NCBI GenBank assembly: GCA_963832165.1
Contig: CAWHTE010000001.1
Span: 160,001 to 224,000 of the forward strand
Source: an uncultured delta proteobacterium
GTDB lineage: Bacteria > Myxococcota_A > UBA9160 > SMWR01
Reading direction: 5' to 3'
Length of the DNA: 64,000 bases
The position numbers were made by a program, and so were the translations under genes. Positions 52,343 through 64,000 of this stretch are shown here, in pieces. The notes under the pieces are model-generated. The model ran no database searches and was not told the origin of the DNA. It saw only the letters and a list, made by a program, of their open reading frames with translations. How positions within the stretch are numbered: the stretch's first letter is position 1; each line of letters starts with the position of its first letter.

Positions 52343-53337
52343 CGCGGAGCGCGCGGGGGAAAGCGCGGCTCGCGGCGCTCGATCAGATCGACGAGGTCGC
52401 GCGCGAAGTCGTCGTAGGTGCGATGAGCGCGCGCGAACGCGTGGCCTTCCGCGGCGATCCGCGCGCGCTCGTCGGGGCGCGAGCGGTAGTGGTCGATCAG
52501 CTCGACGCACTCGTCGGTCGACCGGTACCACACGAGGTGCCGGTGGTTCTCGAAGATGTCCTCGAGCCCCGGCGCGTAGTTCGTGATCAGGAAGCCGCGC
52601 GCTCCGAGCGTGAACCAGGTGCGATTCGAGAAGTACCACGCGACGTCGTGGCGCCAGTCGCAGCCGAGCACGATCGATGCGGCGCGGCAGATCTGGCGGT
52701 ACTGCTCGGGGAACACGTCCTCGCGCGCCGCGGAGAGACCGAGCTCGGGCCAGCCGCTGCCGTAGAGCTTCAGATCGAAGCGCGTCGCCACTGCGGGAAT
52801 CAGCGCGCCGCGCGTCGCGTGCAGCGGTGAGTTGCTCGCATACTTGCCGATGAATGCGACCTCGGACTCGAACGCGGGATCGGCGTGCTCCACGGGGAAG
52901 TAGACCTCGGGGTCGTGCGCCTCCGCGAGATAGGCGGCGCGCTTGGCGCCCGCGCGCTCGAACTCCGCGACCTGTCCGCGTGCGACCGTACACACGAGGT
53001 CGACGTGCGCCGAGAGCCCGAGCTGCTCGGACGCGATCGGCGACGGCCAGCAGTCGGGCGTGAACATCACGGTGGGGAAGCGCCCCGCGAGCGCCGCGAA
53101 CACGGGCTTCGAGACGTCCTGCGCGTGGATGAACGCGAAGTCGGGCGCGAAGCGGCGCACGCTCGCGAGCGTCCAGCGCTGGGCGAGCCAGCGGCCCACC
53201 CACTGGCGGCGCTTGGCCTCGCGGATCACGCACAGCGTGTGGCCTGCTCGCGCGAGCGAGCGCGCGATCGAGCGCGTGGTCTGGGTGCGGGCCTTGCTCT
53301 TTGCGAATACGGCGATGCGCATGGACGGGCCAAGCAT
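52339..53337 (-). CDS. CgeB-like glycosyltransferase (GT-B, Glyco_trans_1_2)
   Basis: VAFIG, LYGSGW, YFSNR...GFLIT and R.RIA..G...AR..RTY patterns. Confidence 0.8.
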   Translation of the reverse strand: MLGPSMRIAVFAKSKARTQTTRSIARSLARAGHTLCVIREAKRRQWVGRWLAQRWTLASVRRFAPDFAFIHAQDVSKPVFAALAGRFPTVMFTPDCWPSPIASEQLGLSAHVDLVCTVARGQVAEFERAGAKRAAYLAEAHDPEVYFPVEHADPAFESEVAFIGKYASNSPLHATRGALIPAVATRFDLKLYGSGWPELGLSAAREDVFPEQYRQICRAASIVLGCDWRHDVAWYFSNRTWFTLGARGFLITNYAPGLEDIFENHRHLVWYRSTDECVELIDHYRSRPDERARIAAEGHAFARAHRTYDDFARDLVDLIERREPRFPPRAPR

Positions 53338-53371
53338 CTCACGGGTACCGGCACCGCGCTAGGTTGTGCGG

Positions 53372-54541
53372 GTGCCGGATCCGCCGCTGCGCATCTCGTT
53401 CATCGCGCTGGGCTTCCCGCCCGATGTCGGCGGCACCGAGCTCTACAACGCCGAGTACGCGCGGCGGCTCGCCGCGCGGGGTCACGCACTGCGCGTGTAC
53501 ACCTGGAGCGGGGAGAGCGGCGCGCGCGCGGAGCTGCCGTTTCCCGTGGAGCGCGCGCCGCGGCCCGCGCGCGGCGCGACTCTCGACGCGCGCGGCGTCG
53601 CCGCGTGGCTCGCGCGCGGTGCGCCCGAGGTGGTGCTCGTCTCGCGCGCGTCGCGCCTGCTCCGCGACGTCGTGCCCGCGGCCGCGCGCGTTGCGCCCGT
53701 CGTGCTCTCGGTGCACGAGCTCGGCGGACGCCACACGCGCCGCGGTCGGATCGGGCGCTGGCGCGTGCGCCGGCGCTATGGGCTCGACCGCGCGCGCTGT
53801 GTGGTGGTGAACAGCGAGGACACGCAGCGGCGCGTCGCGGCGCTGCGCTCCGCGGCGGCGATCCGCGTCGTGTACCCGGGCGTCGACACCGCGGCGTTCG
53901 CGCCGAGCGCCGAGCGGCGCAGGCACGCGCGCGAGAAGCTCGGCGTTGCGCAGCGGCGCGTGCTGCTCACGGTGTCGCGCCTCGCCGCGAACAAGGGACA
54001 CGCGCACATGATCGAGGCATTGCCCGCGCTGCGCGAGCGCTTTCCCGATCTCGTCTACCTCGTGGTGGGGCAGGGCGGCGAGCGCGACGCGCTCGAATCG
54101 CTCGCGGTGCAGCGCGGCGTCGCCGACGCGGTGCGCTTCGAGGGTCTGGTCGACGATGTGCGCGCCTACTACGCCGCGTGCGACGTGTTCGCGATGCCGT
54201 CGGGGCGTCTCGCCGCACGCGGCGACGGCAAGGCCGGCGAGGGATTCGGGATCTCGTACATCGAGGCGGGCGCGAGCGGCGTGCCCGCGGTGGCGAGCGC
54301 GAGTGGCGGCGGTTCGGAAGTGGTGATCGACGGCGAGACGGGCTGTGTGGTCGATCCGGGCGATCCGCGCGCGCTCGAGCGCGCGATCGCGGGCCTGTTC
54401 GAGGACCCCGCGCGCGCGCGCCGGCTCGGCGACGCGGCGCAACGGCACTGTCAGCGGTTCGACTGGGAGCGCGGCGCCGACGCGCTCGAGGCGGTGCTGC
54501 GCGACGCCGCCGGCGCGCCGCGTCACCGCTCCCGCGCGTAA
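53372..54541 (+). CDS. GT4 family glycosyltransferase
   Basis: FPPDVGG, VSRL...KG and EGFGISYIEA (E-X7-E) motifs. Confidence 0.88.
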   Translation: MPDPPLRISFIALGFPPDVGGTELYNAEYARRLAARGHALRVYTWSGESGARAELPFPVERAPRPARGATLDARGVAAWLARGAPEVVLVSRASRLLRDVVPAAARVAPVVLSVHELGGRHTRRGRIGRWRVRRRYGLDRARCVVVNSEDTQRRVAALRSAAAIRVVYPGVDTAAFAPSAERRRHAREKLGVAQRRVLLTVSRLAANKGHAHMIEALPALRERFPDLVYLVVGQGGERDALESLAVQRGVADAVRFEGLVDDVRAYYAACDVFAMPSGRLAARGDGKAGEGFGISYIEAGASGVPAVASASGGGSEVVIDGETGCVVDPGDPRALERAIAGLFEDPARARRLGDAAQRHCQRFDWERGADALEAVLRDAAGAPRHRSRA

Positions 54542-56424
54542 CCCGCCTCGCGCAGCAACGCGCGGATCTCGTCGAGGATCGCGGGATCGTCGATCGTGGG
54601 CGGCGTGCGATAGGGCTCGGAGTCGGCGATCCGGCGCAGCGTGCCGCGCAGCACCTTGCCCGAGCGCGTCTTGGGCAGCCGCGGCACCACGAGCGCGCGC
54701 CGGAACGCCGCGACCGGACCGATCGCCTCGCGCACGCGCGCCACGAGCTCCTGCTCGAGCTCCGCCGGGTCGCGCTCCACGCCCGCGTTCAGCACCACGA
54801 AGCCGAGCGGCACCTGACCCTTGAGCGCGTCGGCCACGCCCGTGACCGCGCACTCCGCCACGTCGGGGTGGCCCGCGATCGCCTCCTCCATCGCACCCGT
54901 CGACAGGCGATGGCCCGCGACGTTGATGATGTCGTCGGTGCGGGCCATGATCCAGAGATAGCCGTCGACGTCGATGTGGCCCGCGTCGGCCGTCTGGTAG
55001 TAGCCCGGGAAACGCGTGAGGTAGCTCTGCTCGAAGCCCGCGTCGTTCTCCCAGAGCGTGCGCAGGCAGCCCGGCGGCAGCGGCAGCTTGATCACGATGT
55101 GGCCCGTCTCGCCGCGCGGCAGCTCGTGGCCGTCGTCGCTCAGGACGCGCACGTCGTAGCCGGGCACCGCGCGCGTGGGCGATCCGCGCTTCACGGGCAG
55201 CGGCTCGAGTCCCATGCAGTTGGCGGCGATCGGCCAGCCGGTCTCGGTCTGCCACCAGTGGTCGATCACGGGTACACCCAGCGCGCGCTCGCTCCACGCA
55301 ACGGTATCGGGGTCGGCGCGCTCGCCCGCGAGGAAGAGCGTGCGCAGCGATGAGGTGTCGTACTGCTTGGGCAGCTGTGCCTGCGGGTCCTCGCGCTTGA
55401 TCGCGCGGATCGCCGTGGGCGCCGTGAACAGCGCGTTCACGCGGTGCTGTTGGATGACGCGGAAGAACGCGCCCGCATCGGGCGTGCCCACGGGCTTGCC
55501 CTCGTAGAGCAGCGTCGTGCAGCCGAGCAGGAGCGGCGCGTAGACGATGTAGGAGTGCCCGACCACCCAGCCGATGTCCGACGCGGCCCAGAACACCTCG
55601 CCGGGCGACATCCCGTACACGTTGCGCAGGCTCCACTTGAGCGCGACGGCGTGGCCGCCGTTGTCGCGCACCACGCCCTTCGGCATGCCCGTGGTGCCCG
55701 AGGTGTAGAGGATGTAGAGCGGGTCGGTCGCCTCCACCGCGACCGCGTCGGCCGGCGACGCGCTCGCGACGGCGCTCTGCCAGTCGACGTCGCGCCCGGG
55801 CTCGAGCGTCGCCTGTGCCTGGGGGCGTTGCAGCACCAGGCAGTGTCGCGGCTTCGCACCCGAGCGCGCGATCGCTTCGTCGAGCATCGGCTTGTAGGCC
55901 ACCACGCGCCCGGGCTCGATCCCGCACGACGCCGTGAGCACGGCGACGGGGGCCGCGTGCTGGATGCGCTGGGCGAGCTCGCTCGCAGCGAAGCCGCCGA
56001 ACACCACCGAGTGGATCGCGCCGATCCGCGCGCACGCGAGCATCCCGAACACGGCCTCGGGCACCATCGGCATGTAGACGAGCACGCGATCGCCGCGCCC
56101 GACACCGAGCGCGCGCAGCGCGCCCGCGAGCTGCGCCACCTCGTGCTGGAGCTCTGCATAGCTGTACGCGCGCAGCGTGCCCGTGACCGGGCTGTCGTAG
56201 ATCAGGGCGGTCTGCGCGCCGCGCCCGGAGGCCACGTGCAGATCGACCGCGTTGTAGCAGGTATTCAGCGTCGCATCGGGGAACCACGCTGGGCGCAGCG
56301 GGTCGGCGTCGTTCCAGACCGCGCGCGGGCGCCGCACCCATTCGATGTCCTCGGCTGCGCGTGCCCAGAACGCGCTCGGGTTCGCGAGCGATTCGGCATG
56401 GGCGCGCGCGGTGGCATCGGTCAT
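54523..56424 (-). CDS. prpE: Propionyl-CoA synthetase
   Basis: YTSGTTGMPKGVVRDNGGH, SDIGWVVGHSY, DHWWQTET and PKTRSGK motifs. Confidence 0.9.
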   Translation of the reverse strand: MTDATARAHAESLANPSAFWARAAEDIEWVRRPRAVWNDADPLRPAWFPDATLNTCYNAVDLHVASGRGAQTALIYDSPVTGTLRAYSYAELQHEVAQLAGALRALGVGRGDRVLVYMPMVPEAVFGMLACARIGAIHSVVFGGFAASELAQRIQHAAPVAVLTASCGIEPGRVVAYKPMLDEAIARSGAKPRHCLVLQRPQAQATLEPGRDVDWQSAVASASPADAVAVEATDPLYILYTSGTTGMPKGVVRDNGGHAVALKWSLRNVYGMSPGEVFWAASDIGWVVGHSYIVYAPLLLGCTTLLYEGKPVGTPDAGAFFRVIQQHRVNALFTAPTAIRAIKREDPQAQLPKQYDTSSLRTLFLAGERADPDTVAWSERALGVPVIDHWWQTETGWPIAANCMGLEPLPVKRGSPTRAVPGYDVRVLSDDGHELPRGETGHIVIKLPLPPGCLRTLWENDAGFEQSYLTRFPGYYQTADAGHIDVDGYLWIMARTDDIINVAGHRLSTGAMEEAIAGHPDVAECAVTGVADALKGQVPLGFVVLNAGVERDPAELEQELVARVREAIGPVAAFRRALVVPRLPKTRSGKVLRGTLRRIADSEPYRTPPTIDDPAILDEIRALLREAGYARER

Positions 56425-56510
56425 CGCACGTAGCATACGCGCCGGGCGCGGTGTGATCCCGCGCCGTGTATGATTCCGCGGGATCCACCGGACGCGCCCG
56501 GGAGAGCCGC

Positions 56511-57182
56511 ATGTCCACCGCACTCCTGCTCGCCGCCCTCTGGATCGCGTTCGCCGTCAGCCACATGGCGCTCTCGAGCCAGAGCTGGCGTCCCCGGCTC
56601 GTCACCGCGCTCGGCGAACGGGCGTTCCAGGGCCTCTATTCCCTGGTCGCGCTCGGGATCTTCGTGCCGCTCGTGGCGATCTACTTCGGGAACAAGCACA
56701 CGGGGCCCTATCTCGGCACGCTCGCGGGCGTCCCGGGGATGCGCTGGCTGATGTACGTGGGCATGGCGGCTGCGTTCGCGATGCTCGTCGCGGGGCTCGC
56801 GCGGCCTTCGCCCGCGGCGATCGCGCCGGGCGCGACCGAAGTGCGCGGCATCTACCACGTGACGCGTCATCCCGTGCTCATGAGCTTTGGGCTCTACGGC
56901 ATCCTGCACCTGTGCGTGGTCGCCGTGCACGCGACCGAGCTCGCGTTCTTCGCGGGCTTCCCGCTGTTCGTGTGGATCGGCACGCGCCACCAGGACCAGC
57001 GCAAGCTCGCGAGCGGCGGTGAGGCATTTCGGCGCTTCCACGACGCGACGCCGTTCACGCCGTTCTCGCGGCCCGCGGGCGTGCTCTCGGCGCTGCGCGA
57101 GCAGCCGATCCCGATCGCGCTCGGCGTCGTGCTCACGATCGCGGTGCGCTGGTTCCATCCGGCGCTGTTCGGGCCGGGGTAG
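56511..57182 (+). CDS. NnrU family membrane protein
   Basis: F..SH, R..L...LGE.AFQGLYS and TRHP motifs; multiple TM segments. Confidence 0.8.
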   Translation: MSTALLLAALWIAFAVSHMALSSQSWRPRLVTALGERAFQGLYSLVALGIFVPLVAIYFGNKHTGPYLGTLAGVPGMRWLMYVGMAAAFAMLVAGLARPSPAAIAPGATEVRGIYHVTRHPVLMSFGLYGILHLCVVAVHATELAFFAGFPLFVWIGTRHQDQRKLASGGEAFRRFHDATPFTPFSRPAGVLSALREQPIPIALGVVLTIAVRWFHPALFGPG

Positions 57183-57229
57183 CGCTCCGCCTATACTCCG
57201 CGCGCTTCACGGTAGAAGGAGGTATCGCG

Positions 57230-57607
57230 ATGCTGCGAGCCCAGGGTGTCCATCACGTCTCGTTCACGGTGCGCGATCTCGAGCGCTCGAAGCAGTTCTA
57301 CGGCGAGCTGCTCGGTCTCGAGACGATTCCTCGGCCTAATATGGGTATTGCGGGCGTCTGGTACCGCGCCGGCGCGGCCGAGATCCACCTGATCGCGATG
57401 CCCGCCGCGAGCGCCGAGCGCGCGGAGCAGAAGCTCACGCCGCTCGCGAATCACGCGGCGTTCGCGATCGACGACTACGCCAGCGCGCTGGCCGAGCTCG
57501 AGTCGCGTGGTCTCGAGGTGCAGCAGACCAGCCCCGAACGCGGGCAGCTCTGGGTGCAGGATCCGGATGGAAACGTGATCGAGCTGATCGTGCCGAGGGC
57601 TGGATGA
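57230..57607 (+). CDS. VOC/glyoxalase family protein
   Basis: HHVSF.V.DLE...FY, HAAF and DPDGNVIEL; AGGAGG RBS. Confidence 0.9.
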   Translation: MLRAQGVHHVSFTVRDLERSKQFYGELLGLETIPRPNMGIAGVWYRAGAAEIHLIAMPAASAERAEQKLTPLANHAAFAIDDYASALAELESRGLEVQQTSPERGQLWVQDPDGNVIELIVPRAG

Positions 57608-58782
57608 TTCTCCGCGTCCGGCGCGCACCGCGCGCGCGCAGCGGGATCGCGATGTTCGCACTCGCCGCGCTGTTCGCGTGCGATCGCGGCGCAGAGACCG
57701 CGCCTCCCCCGGAAGCCGCCGAGCCGGAGATCCCCGCGCCCACCGCGCCTGCCCCCGCGGCGCCGGTCGCGCCTCCCGCGCCGCAGGCCACCCATGCCGC
57801 TCCGCTCTCGCCGCACCGCCAGGCACTGATCGAGCGCGCGCGGGGCAACTTCGGCGTGCTGCCCAGCGAGGCGACGAGCTCGGCCAATCCCGTCACCGCC
57901 GAGAAGATCGAGCTCGGCCGGATGCTCTACTACGACGCGCGGCTCTCGAAGAACCACGACATCGCGTGCAGCGACTGTCACAAGCTCGACCGGTTCGGCG
58001 TCGACGGCGAGCGCACGTCCCCAGGTCACAAGGGACAGCGCGGCACGCGCAATTCGCCCACCGTGCTCAACGCCGCGCTCCAGGTCGCGCAGTTCTGGGA
58101 CGGCCGCGCGCCGAGCGTCGAGCAGCAGGCGAAAGAGCAGGTGCTGAAGCCGGTCGAGATGGCGATGTCGTCGGACGCCGCGGTGGTCGCCATGCTCGAG
58201 TCGATTCCGGGCTATGCGCCGCTGTTCAAGGCGGCGTTCCCGGGCGCGGTGAAGCCGATCACGTACGACAACATGGCGCGCGCGATCGGCGCGTTCGAGC
58301 GGCGGCTGATCACGCCGTCGCCGTTCGACGAGTTCCTCGCGGGCGATGCCACCGCGCTCGACGACGCCCAGATGCGCGGGCTCGAGATCTTTCTCGACAC
58401 GGGCTGTGGCACCTGCCATCAGGGCGTCGGGATCGGCGGCGGCATGTTCCAGAAGCTCGGCGCAGCGCTTCCCTATCCCACGAGCGACGAGGGCCGCGCC
58501 GCGGTCACCCACCAGGAGGTCGACAAGTACTTCTTCAAGGTGCCCATGCTGCGCAACGTCGCGAAGACCGCGCCCTACTTCCACGACGGCAGCCTCGCGA
58601 CGCTCGACGAGGCGATCCGCACGATGGCCAGGATCCAGCTCGGAAACGACCTCGCCGACGACCGCGTGACGTCGATCCGCGCATTCCTGGAGTCGCTCAC
58701 GGGCACCGTGGACGGCAGCTACGTGGCGCGCCCGGTGCTCCCGCAGAGCGGTCCCGACACACCCAAGGCGGATCCGAGCTAG
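57604..58782 (+). CDS. Di-heme cytochrome c peroxidase (probable lipoprotein)
   Basis: CSDCH and CGTCH heme motifs; RNSPT, QFWDGRA, FKVPMLRN and PYFHDG; lipobox LFAC; Pro/Ala linker. Confidence 0.9.
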   Translation: MILRVRRAPRARSGIAMFALAALFACDRGAETAPPPEAAEPEIPAPTAPAPAAPVAPPAPQATHAAPLSPHRQALIERARGNFGVLPSEATSSANPVTAEKIELGRMLYYDARLSKNHDIACSDCHKLDRFGVDGERTSPGHKGQRGTRNSPTVLNAALQVAQFWDGRAPSVEQQAKEQVLKPVEMAMSSDAAVVAMLESIPGYAPLFKAAFPGAVKPITYDNMARAIGAFERRLITPSPFDEFLAGDATALDDAQMRGLEIFLDTGCGTCHQGVGIGGGMFQKLGAALPYPTSDEGRAAVTHQEVDKYFFKVPMLRNVAKTAPYFHDGSLATLDEAIRTMARIQLGNDLADDRVTSIRAFLESLTGTVDGSYVARPVLPQSGPDTPKADPS

Positions 58783-58819
58783 TCTATTCGATCCTGTTGC
58801 GCGCCAAGGGAGAGCGCCC

Positions 58820-59906
<1,087 letters not shown>

Positions 59907-59923
<17 letters not shown>

Positions 59924-60611
59924 ACAAGAGGTGCGTGTAGAACACGGGCACGGGTCCGACCGTGCCCTCGGCGGTCGACCGGCGCAGATACTCGGTGTAG
60001 TCCATCTCGGTGAGCGCGGCGCGCGCGTCGGGTGCGAAGAAGCCGTCCGGGAGCTCGAGGTCGCTCTGCCAGTTCACGTAGTCGGTGGTGCGCTGCTCGC
60101 CGGATTCGCGGTCGAAGATCTCGATGCGCAGCGGGATGCGCAGCGCGTCCTGCGTCACCCAGAGCTCGCGACGGCCGAGCTCGTCGGTGAGGCGGTAGAT
60201 GCCCGCGCGCCGTCCCACCACGGTCTCCTCGCGCACGAGCTCGGCGCCCTGGCCGGTCAGGATGTCGTACTCGCGCGCGAACGGGCGCTCGTCCGCGCGG
60301 TCGGCGGCCACCGCGGCGGGCTCGCGGCGGATCGACAAGCCCTGGCCCGTGAGTCCGTCGTAGGCGTAGTAGCGGTCTCCGCGCACGATCGTCACGATCT
60401 TGTGTCCCGCCACCACGGTCTCGGCGCGCAGCGACGCTCCCTTCGACCACAGATGGGTCACGTTGAGGCCCGCCGATCCACGCGTGAGCGCCTGCGCATA
60501 CCAGGTGGCGGGCCCGGCCGGCTTCTTGGGCTCCTCCGCGGCGGCAGGGAGAGCGGCCGCGAGCATCAGCACGGCGAGCATCGCGAGGCGCGGGACGAGC
60601 GACGTGGGCAC
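59907..60611 (-). CDS. Exported hypothetical protein (possible LolA-like beta fold)
   Basis: Signal peptide, beta-rich pattern, ELWV...IPLRIE and LPDGFFAP. Confidence 0.6.
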
Positions 60612-60639
60612 GCGGGGCTAGGCTAGCTTTCCCGGGCTC

Positions 60640-61443
60640 ATGAGCCACGCAGAGGGCGCTCGGCTAGTCGTGCAGCTCGCACTCAGCATCGCGGGATCGG
60701 ATCCCACGGGCGGCGCCGGCCTGCAGGCCGACCTCCAGGTGTTCCGCAAGCTCGGCGTTCACGGGATGGGCGTGGTCACCGCGCTCACGGTGCAGGACAC
60801 GACGCGTGTGCACGAGGTGCTGCCCGTGTTTCCCAGCGTCGTGCTGAAGCAGCTGCGCGCGGTGCTGCGCAGCACGCCGCCCGATGCGCTCAAGCTCGGG
60901 ATGCTCGCGAGCGACGATGTGGCGCGCAACGTCGAGCTCGGGTTGCGCGAGCTCGACCCCGCGCGCCGCACGCCGATCGTGATCGACCCCGTGCTCGCGG
61001 CCAGCGACGGCACGCTGCTGCTCGAGCGGCGCGCCTACGGGACGCTCCAGGACCTGATCAGCCGCGCACACGTCGTGACTCCGAATCTGCTCGAGGCCGC
61101 GGCGCTCACGGGCATCGACGTTTCGACGCGCGAAGGCGTCGAGGCTGCGGCCGCGCAGCTCGTCTCGGGTCTCGGCGCGCGCGCGGCGCTCGTGAAGGGC
61201 GGGCACCGCGACGGCCCGCCCGACGATCTGCTCGCGCTGCGCGAGGGCGGCAGCGTCTCGTTCCACTGGCTTCCAGGCGAGCGCATTCCGGGCGGGCCTG
61301 TGCACGGAACGGGATGTGCGCTGTCGTCGGCGATCACGGCGCATCTCGCGCGCGGCGCCGAGCTGCGCGACGCGGTCGAGCGCGCGCGCGAGTTCGTGCG
61401 CGAGGCGATCCGCAACGCCCAGGCGCGATTGCTGGTGTACTGA
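60640..61443 (+). CDS. thiD: Hydroxymethylpyrimidine/phosphomethylpyrimidine kinase
   Basis: IAGSDPTGGAGLQAD, KLGML, DPV, TPNLLEA, VKGGH and HGTGC motifs. Confidence 0.92.
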   Translation: MSHAEGARLVVQLALSIAGSDPTGGAGLQADLQVFRKLGVHGMGVVTALTVQDTTRVHEVLPVFPSVVLKQLRAVLRSTPPDALKLGMLASDDVARNVELGLRELDPARRTPIVIDPVLAASDGTLLLERRAYGTLQDLISRAHVVTPNLLEAAALTGIDVSTREGVEAAAAQLVSGLGARAALVKGGHRDGPPDDLLALREGGSVSFHWLPGERIPGGPVHGTGCALSSAITAHLARGAELRDAVERAREFVREAIRNAQARLLVY

Positions 61444-62031
61444 ATGAACGTCGGATGGCGCAGCGCGCTCGTGCTCTGGCTCGTGCTCGGCTGCGCGACG
61501 ACGGTGGAAGACCTCCCGCTGCTCGAATCGCGTGCGCGCGCGGACTTCGAAGCGGGCCGCACCGAAGAGGCGATCGAGACGATGGAGCGCGCGGTCGCGC
61601 TCGCGCCCGACGACGCCGAGGCGCACTTCCTGCTCGGCGTGATGAAGCTGCGCACCGACCGCGTGATCGAGGCCGAGGCCGAGCTCGCGCGCGCGGTCGC
61701 GCTCGCGCCACGCGATGCAAAGATCCTCGCGGCGCACGGCATCGCGTTGCGCGCGCAGAAGAACTGGAGCGCGGCGGAGCGCGCGTTCCTGCGCTCGCTG
61801 CTGCTCGAGCCCGGCGACTCGAGCACGCTCGCCGCGCTCGGGGAGCTCTATCACCTCTCGGGCGACTTCGAGAAGTGCGTCGTGCGCTACGAACAGTTCG
61901 TGTGGCAGCTCGAGCAGCGCAATCCGGAGACGCTCACCGCGACCGAGCAGCGCGCGCTCGAGTCCGCGCGCGGGAAGGTCACCGAGTGCGGCGACGCCGC
62001 GCGCGCGATGAAGATCGAGGACACGCGCTAG
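61444..62031 (+). CDS. TPR-repeat lipoprotein
   Basis: Lipobox LGC; repeated A.AL.P.D.A...LG TPR pattern. Confidence 0.8.
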   Translation: MNVGWRSALVLWLVLGCATTVEDLPLLESRARADFEAGRTEEAIETMERAVALAPDDAEAHFLLGVMKLRTDRVIEAEAELARAVALAPRDAKILAAHGIALRAQKNWSAAERAFLRSLLLEPGDSSTLAALGELYHLSGDFEKCVVRYEQFVWQLEQRNPETLTATEQRALESARGKVTECGDAARAMKIEDTR

Positions 62032-63392
62032 TTCTTCGTGCGCTCGAGGATCTCTCGCGCGGCGCGCTCGCCGGACCGCACCGCCCCGTCGATCGCGCCG
62101 TGGGAGACCGTAGCCGTCTCGGTACCGGCCCAGTGGACGCGTCCGAACGGCTCCCGCAACAGGTGTCCGTAGCGCGTGAGCGTGCCGAGCGTGAAGTGCG
62201 CCATCGAGCATCCGCGCGACCATTCCTCGGTCTTCCACGAGGTCTCGATGAAATCGGATGGGTTCGCCGCGCGCGGGCCCAGCCGCGAGGCGAGCGCGTC
62301 GAGCACCGATTTCCGGCGCACGCCGGGGTCGAGCGACGCCAGCCGCTGCGAGACCGGCCCGAACGTGAACGCTGCGATCACGCCCGGCCTCCCCGACGCG
62401 GGACCCGCATCGATCGTCACCTCGGCAGCCGATCCGGGCTCTGCCGTCTGGCCGCTGTAGCCGTCGGCGCGCCAGAACGGCTCGTCGTACACGACGAGCG
62501 TCTTGGTCGCCCACCCGCCGATCGCGTTGCGGTAGAGCGCCGCGCGGTCCTCGGGAAGAGCCGGGTCGAATGCGATCTCGAGCGCGAGCGCGGGCGGAGT
62601 CGACACCACGACGTGTCGCGCCTGCACGGTGAGCGCATCGCCCGCGACGAGCACGTGTCCGTTCCGCTGAGTGATCGCTCGGACGGGCGTACTCAGCCGG
62701 ACCGACCCGCCCAGCTCGTCGGCCACCCTGCGCGCGATCGAGCCCGCGCCGCCGTTCACGAGGTTCTCTTGCGCGCCGTTCTCGATCGAGAACAGCGTAT
62801 CGATGCTGCCGTGCGTGTGCGCCAGGTACAGAAGATGGAGCAGCGACGCCTCCGACAGATCGGCCGTCATGCAGCCGCGCACCGCCGACTCGAAGAGATC
62901 GCGCGCGATCTGCGTGCGGATCCCCGACCGCTCGAGCCACGATGCGATCGAGCACGCATCCCACTCGGCCGCGCGCGGCGCTGTCCAGGGCGCCTCGATC
63001 GGCACCTGCCGCGCCATCCGGTTGATCTTCCACTGCGCGAGCGCGAGCGTGAGGACCGCGAGCGGGCTGATCTTCGGAATCAGTCCCGTGTAGCGGCGCA
63101 CTCGCCCGTCGCCCACCAGGAGATGGGCGCCCTTCACCCACGTCTTGTACGTGGTCACGCCCATCTCTTTGGCGAGGCCGAAGATCGCGTCGTCCTTGGG
63201 GCCGAGCCATCCACCGCCGCGATCGACGGCCGAGCCGTCCGCGAGATGATGCGTCCAGATCCGGCCGCCCACGCGGTCGCGCGCCTCGAGCACGACGACC
63301 GACTGGCCCGCTTGGCTCAGTCGGCGCGCCGCGGTGAGCCCCGCATAGCCCGCACCGACCACACAGACATCACATTCCAATCGATCGGCCAC
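62028..63392 (-). CDS. Flavin monoamine oxidase family protein
   Basis: VVGAGYAGL, LEARDRVGGR and HWAGTETA...GAVRSGERAA motifs. Confidence 0.9.
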   Translation of the reverse strand: MADRLECDVCVVGAGYAGLTAARRLSQAGQSVVVLEARDRVGGRIWTHHLADGSAVDRGGGWLGPKDDAIFGLAKEMGVTTYKTWVKGAHLLVGDGRVRRYTGLIPKISPLAVLTLALAQWKINRMARQVPIEAPWTAPRAAEWDACSIASWLERSGIRTQIARDLFESAVRGCMTADLSEASLLHLLYLAHTHGSIDTLFSIENGAQENLVNGGAGSIARRVADELGGSVRLSTPVRAITQRNGHVLVAGDALTVQARHVVVSTPPALALEIAFDPALPEDRAALYRNAIGGWATKTLVVYDEPFWRADGYSGQTAEPGSAAEVTIDAGPASGRPGVIAAFTFGPVSQRLASLDPGVRRKSVLDALASRLGPRAANPSDFIETSWKTEEWSRGCSMAHFTLGTLTRYGHLLREPFGRVHWAGTETATVSHGAIDGAVRSGERAAREILERTKN

Positions 63393-63404
63393 GTCGCCAT
63401 ACCA

Positions 63405-63974
63405 TCACAGGTGCTTGGTCATGCGCAAGAGTGGAACGGGAGCTCCGCCGCGATCGTCCGTGATCCACTCGTGGGCCTCGTAGCCGCACGCGCGATAGAG
63501 CGGCTCGCCCGCCACCGTCGCCATGAGCTCGACCTGCCCGAAGCCCGCGCGCCGCGCCGCATCCTCGCACAGGGCGAGAATCAGCCTTCCCACACCCTGG
63601 CGCGCATGGTCCGGATCGGTGTACATCGCGCGCACGCGCGCGGCATCCACCGAGGGATCGAGCAGGGCGTCGCTGCGCCCGGGCGACTGGTCTCCGCCGT
63701 AGAGCGTGGCGCGGCGGCTCCAGCCGCCACAGCCCGCGAGCCGGCCCTCGGCTTCCACTACGAAATAGGTTCCGTCGTCGATGAGCTGCGTGTCGAGTCC
63801 CATGATCGTCCGGCTCGATTCGATCTGGCGTTCGTCGAGGTATGGCTTCTGCAATCGGGAGATCGACGCATCCATGAGCTCGCGCAGCGCATCGAGATCG
63901 CCGCGATGCGCGAGTCGGTGCGTCAGGATCACGGCTGGGCCGCTGCCAGCAGGCGATGGATCGAGAGAAGACAT
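63405..63974 (-). CDS. GNAT family N-acetyltransferase
   Basis: GCGGWS, RAMYTDPDHARQGVG and ELMAT..GEPLY motifs. Confidence 0.88.
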   Translation of the reverse strand: MSSLDPSPAGSGPAVILTHRLAHRGDLDALRELMDASISRLQKPYLDERQIESSRTIMGLDTQLIDDGTYFVVEAEGRLAGCGGWSRRATLYGGDQSPGRSDALLDPSVDAARVRAMYTDPDHARQGVGRLILALCEDAARRAGFGQVELMATVAGEPLYRACGYEAHEWITDDRGGAPVPLLRMTKHL

Positions 63975-64000
63975 CCGACACCGGCGCCGGCCACGATCAG

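Noticed and set aside
62028..64000. Horizontally acquired islet (amine oxidase + GNAT look slightly less GC-biased)
   Set aside because: An impression only: no boundaries or mobility genes are visible, and I could not compute composition.

Overview
A very GC-rich (roughly 70-75% by eye) bacterial chromosome segment. Gene content (Xre-HTH, PtsP, NtrBC-like pair, PEP-CTERM protein, RRM protein) suggests a Gram-negative Myxococcota/deltaproteobacterial-type organism; this is inference only. It holds about 60 densely packed genes. These cover lipid/acyl-CoA catabolism, pabB, frdABCD, aguBA, leuS, cyoE, ptsP, mobA/moeA, ntrBC-like genes, thiE/thiD, a two-partner secretion (TpsB/TpsA) pair, glycosyltransferases, cytochrome c peroxidase and Mrp. 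I found no tRNA, rRNA, CRISPR array, integrase or transposase. Five genes, including essential leuS, carry single-base frameshifts that look like long-read errors. I found no obviously complete new multi-gene system. The most novel signals are non-coding: a dispersed ~33-bp REP-like repeat with a compensatory hairpin change, GTAG-flanked palindromes that supply stop codons, a cloverleaf-like Hsp20 leader, a long structured RRM leader, sigma54 promoters and NtrC-type boxes, and a recurrent leaderless-promoter signature. Coding candidates are an orphan Thoeris ThsB-like TIR gene, an exported SlyD-like protein, and a TpsA with an unrecognised C-terminal domain.
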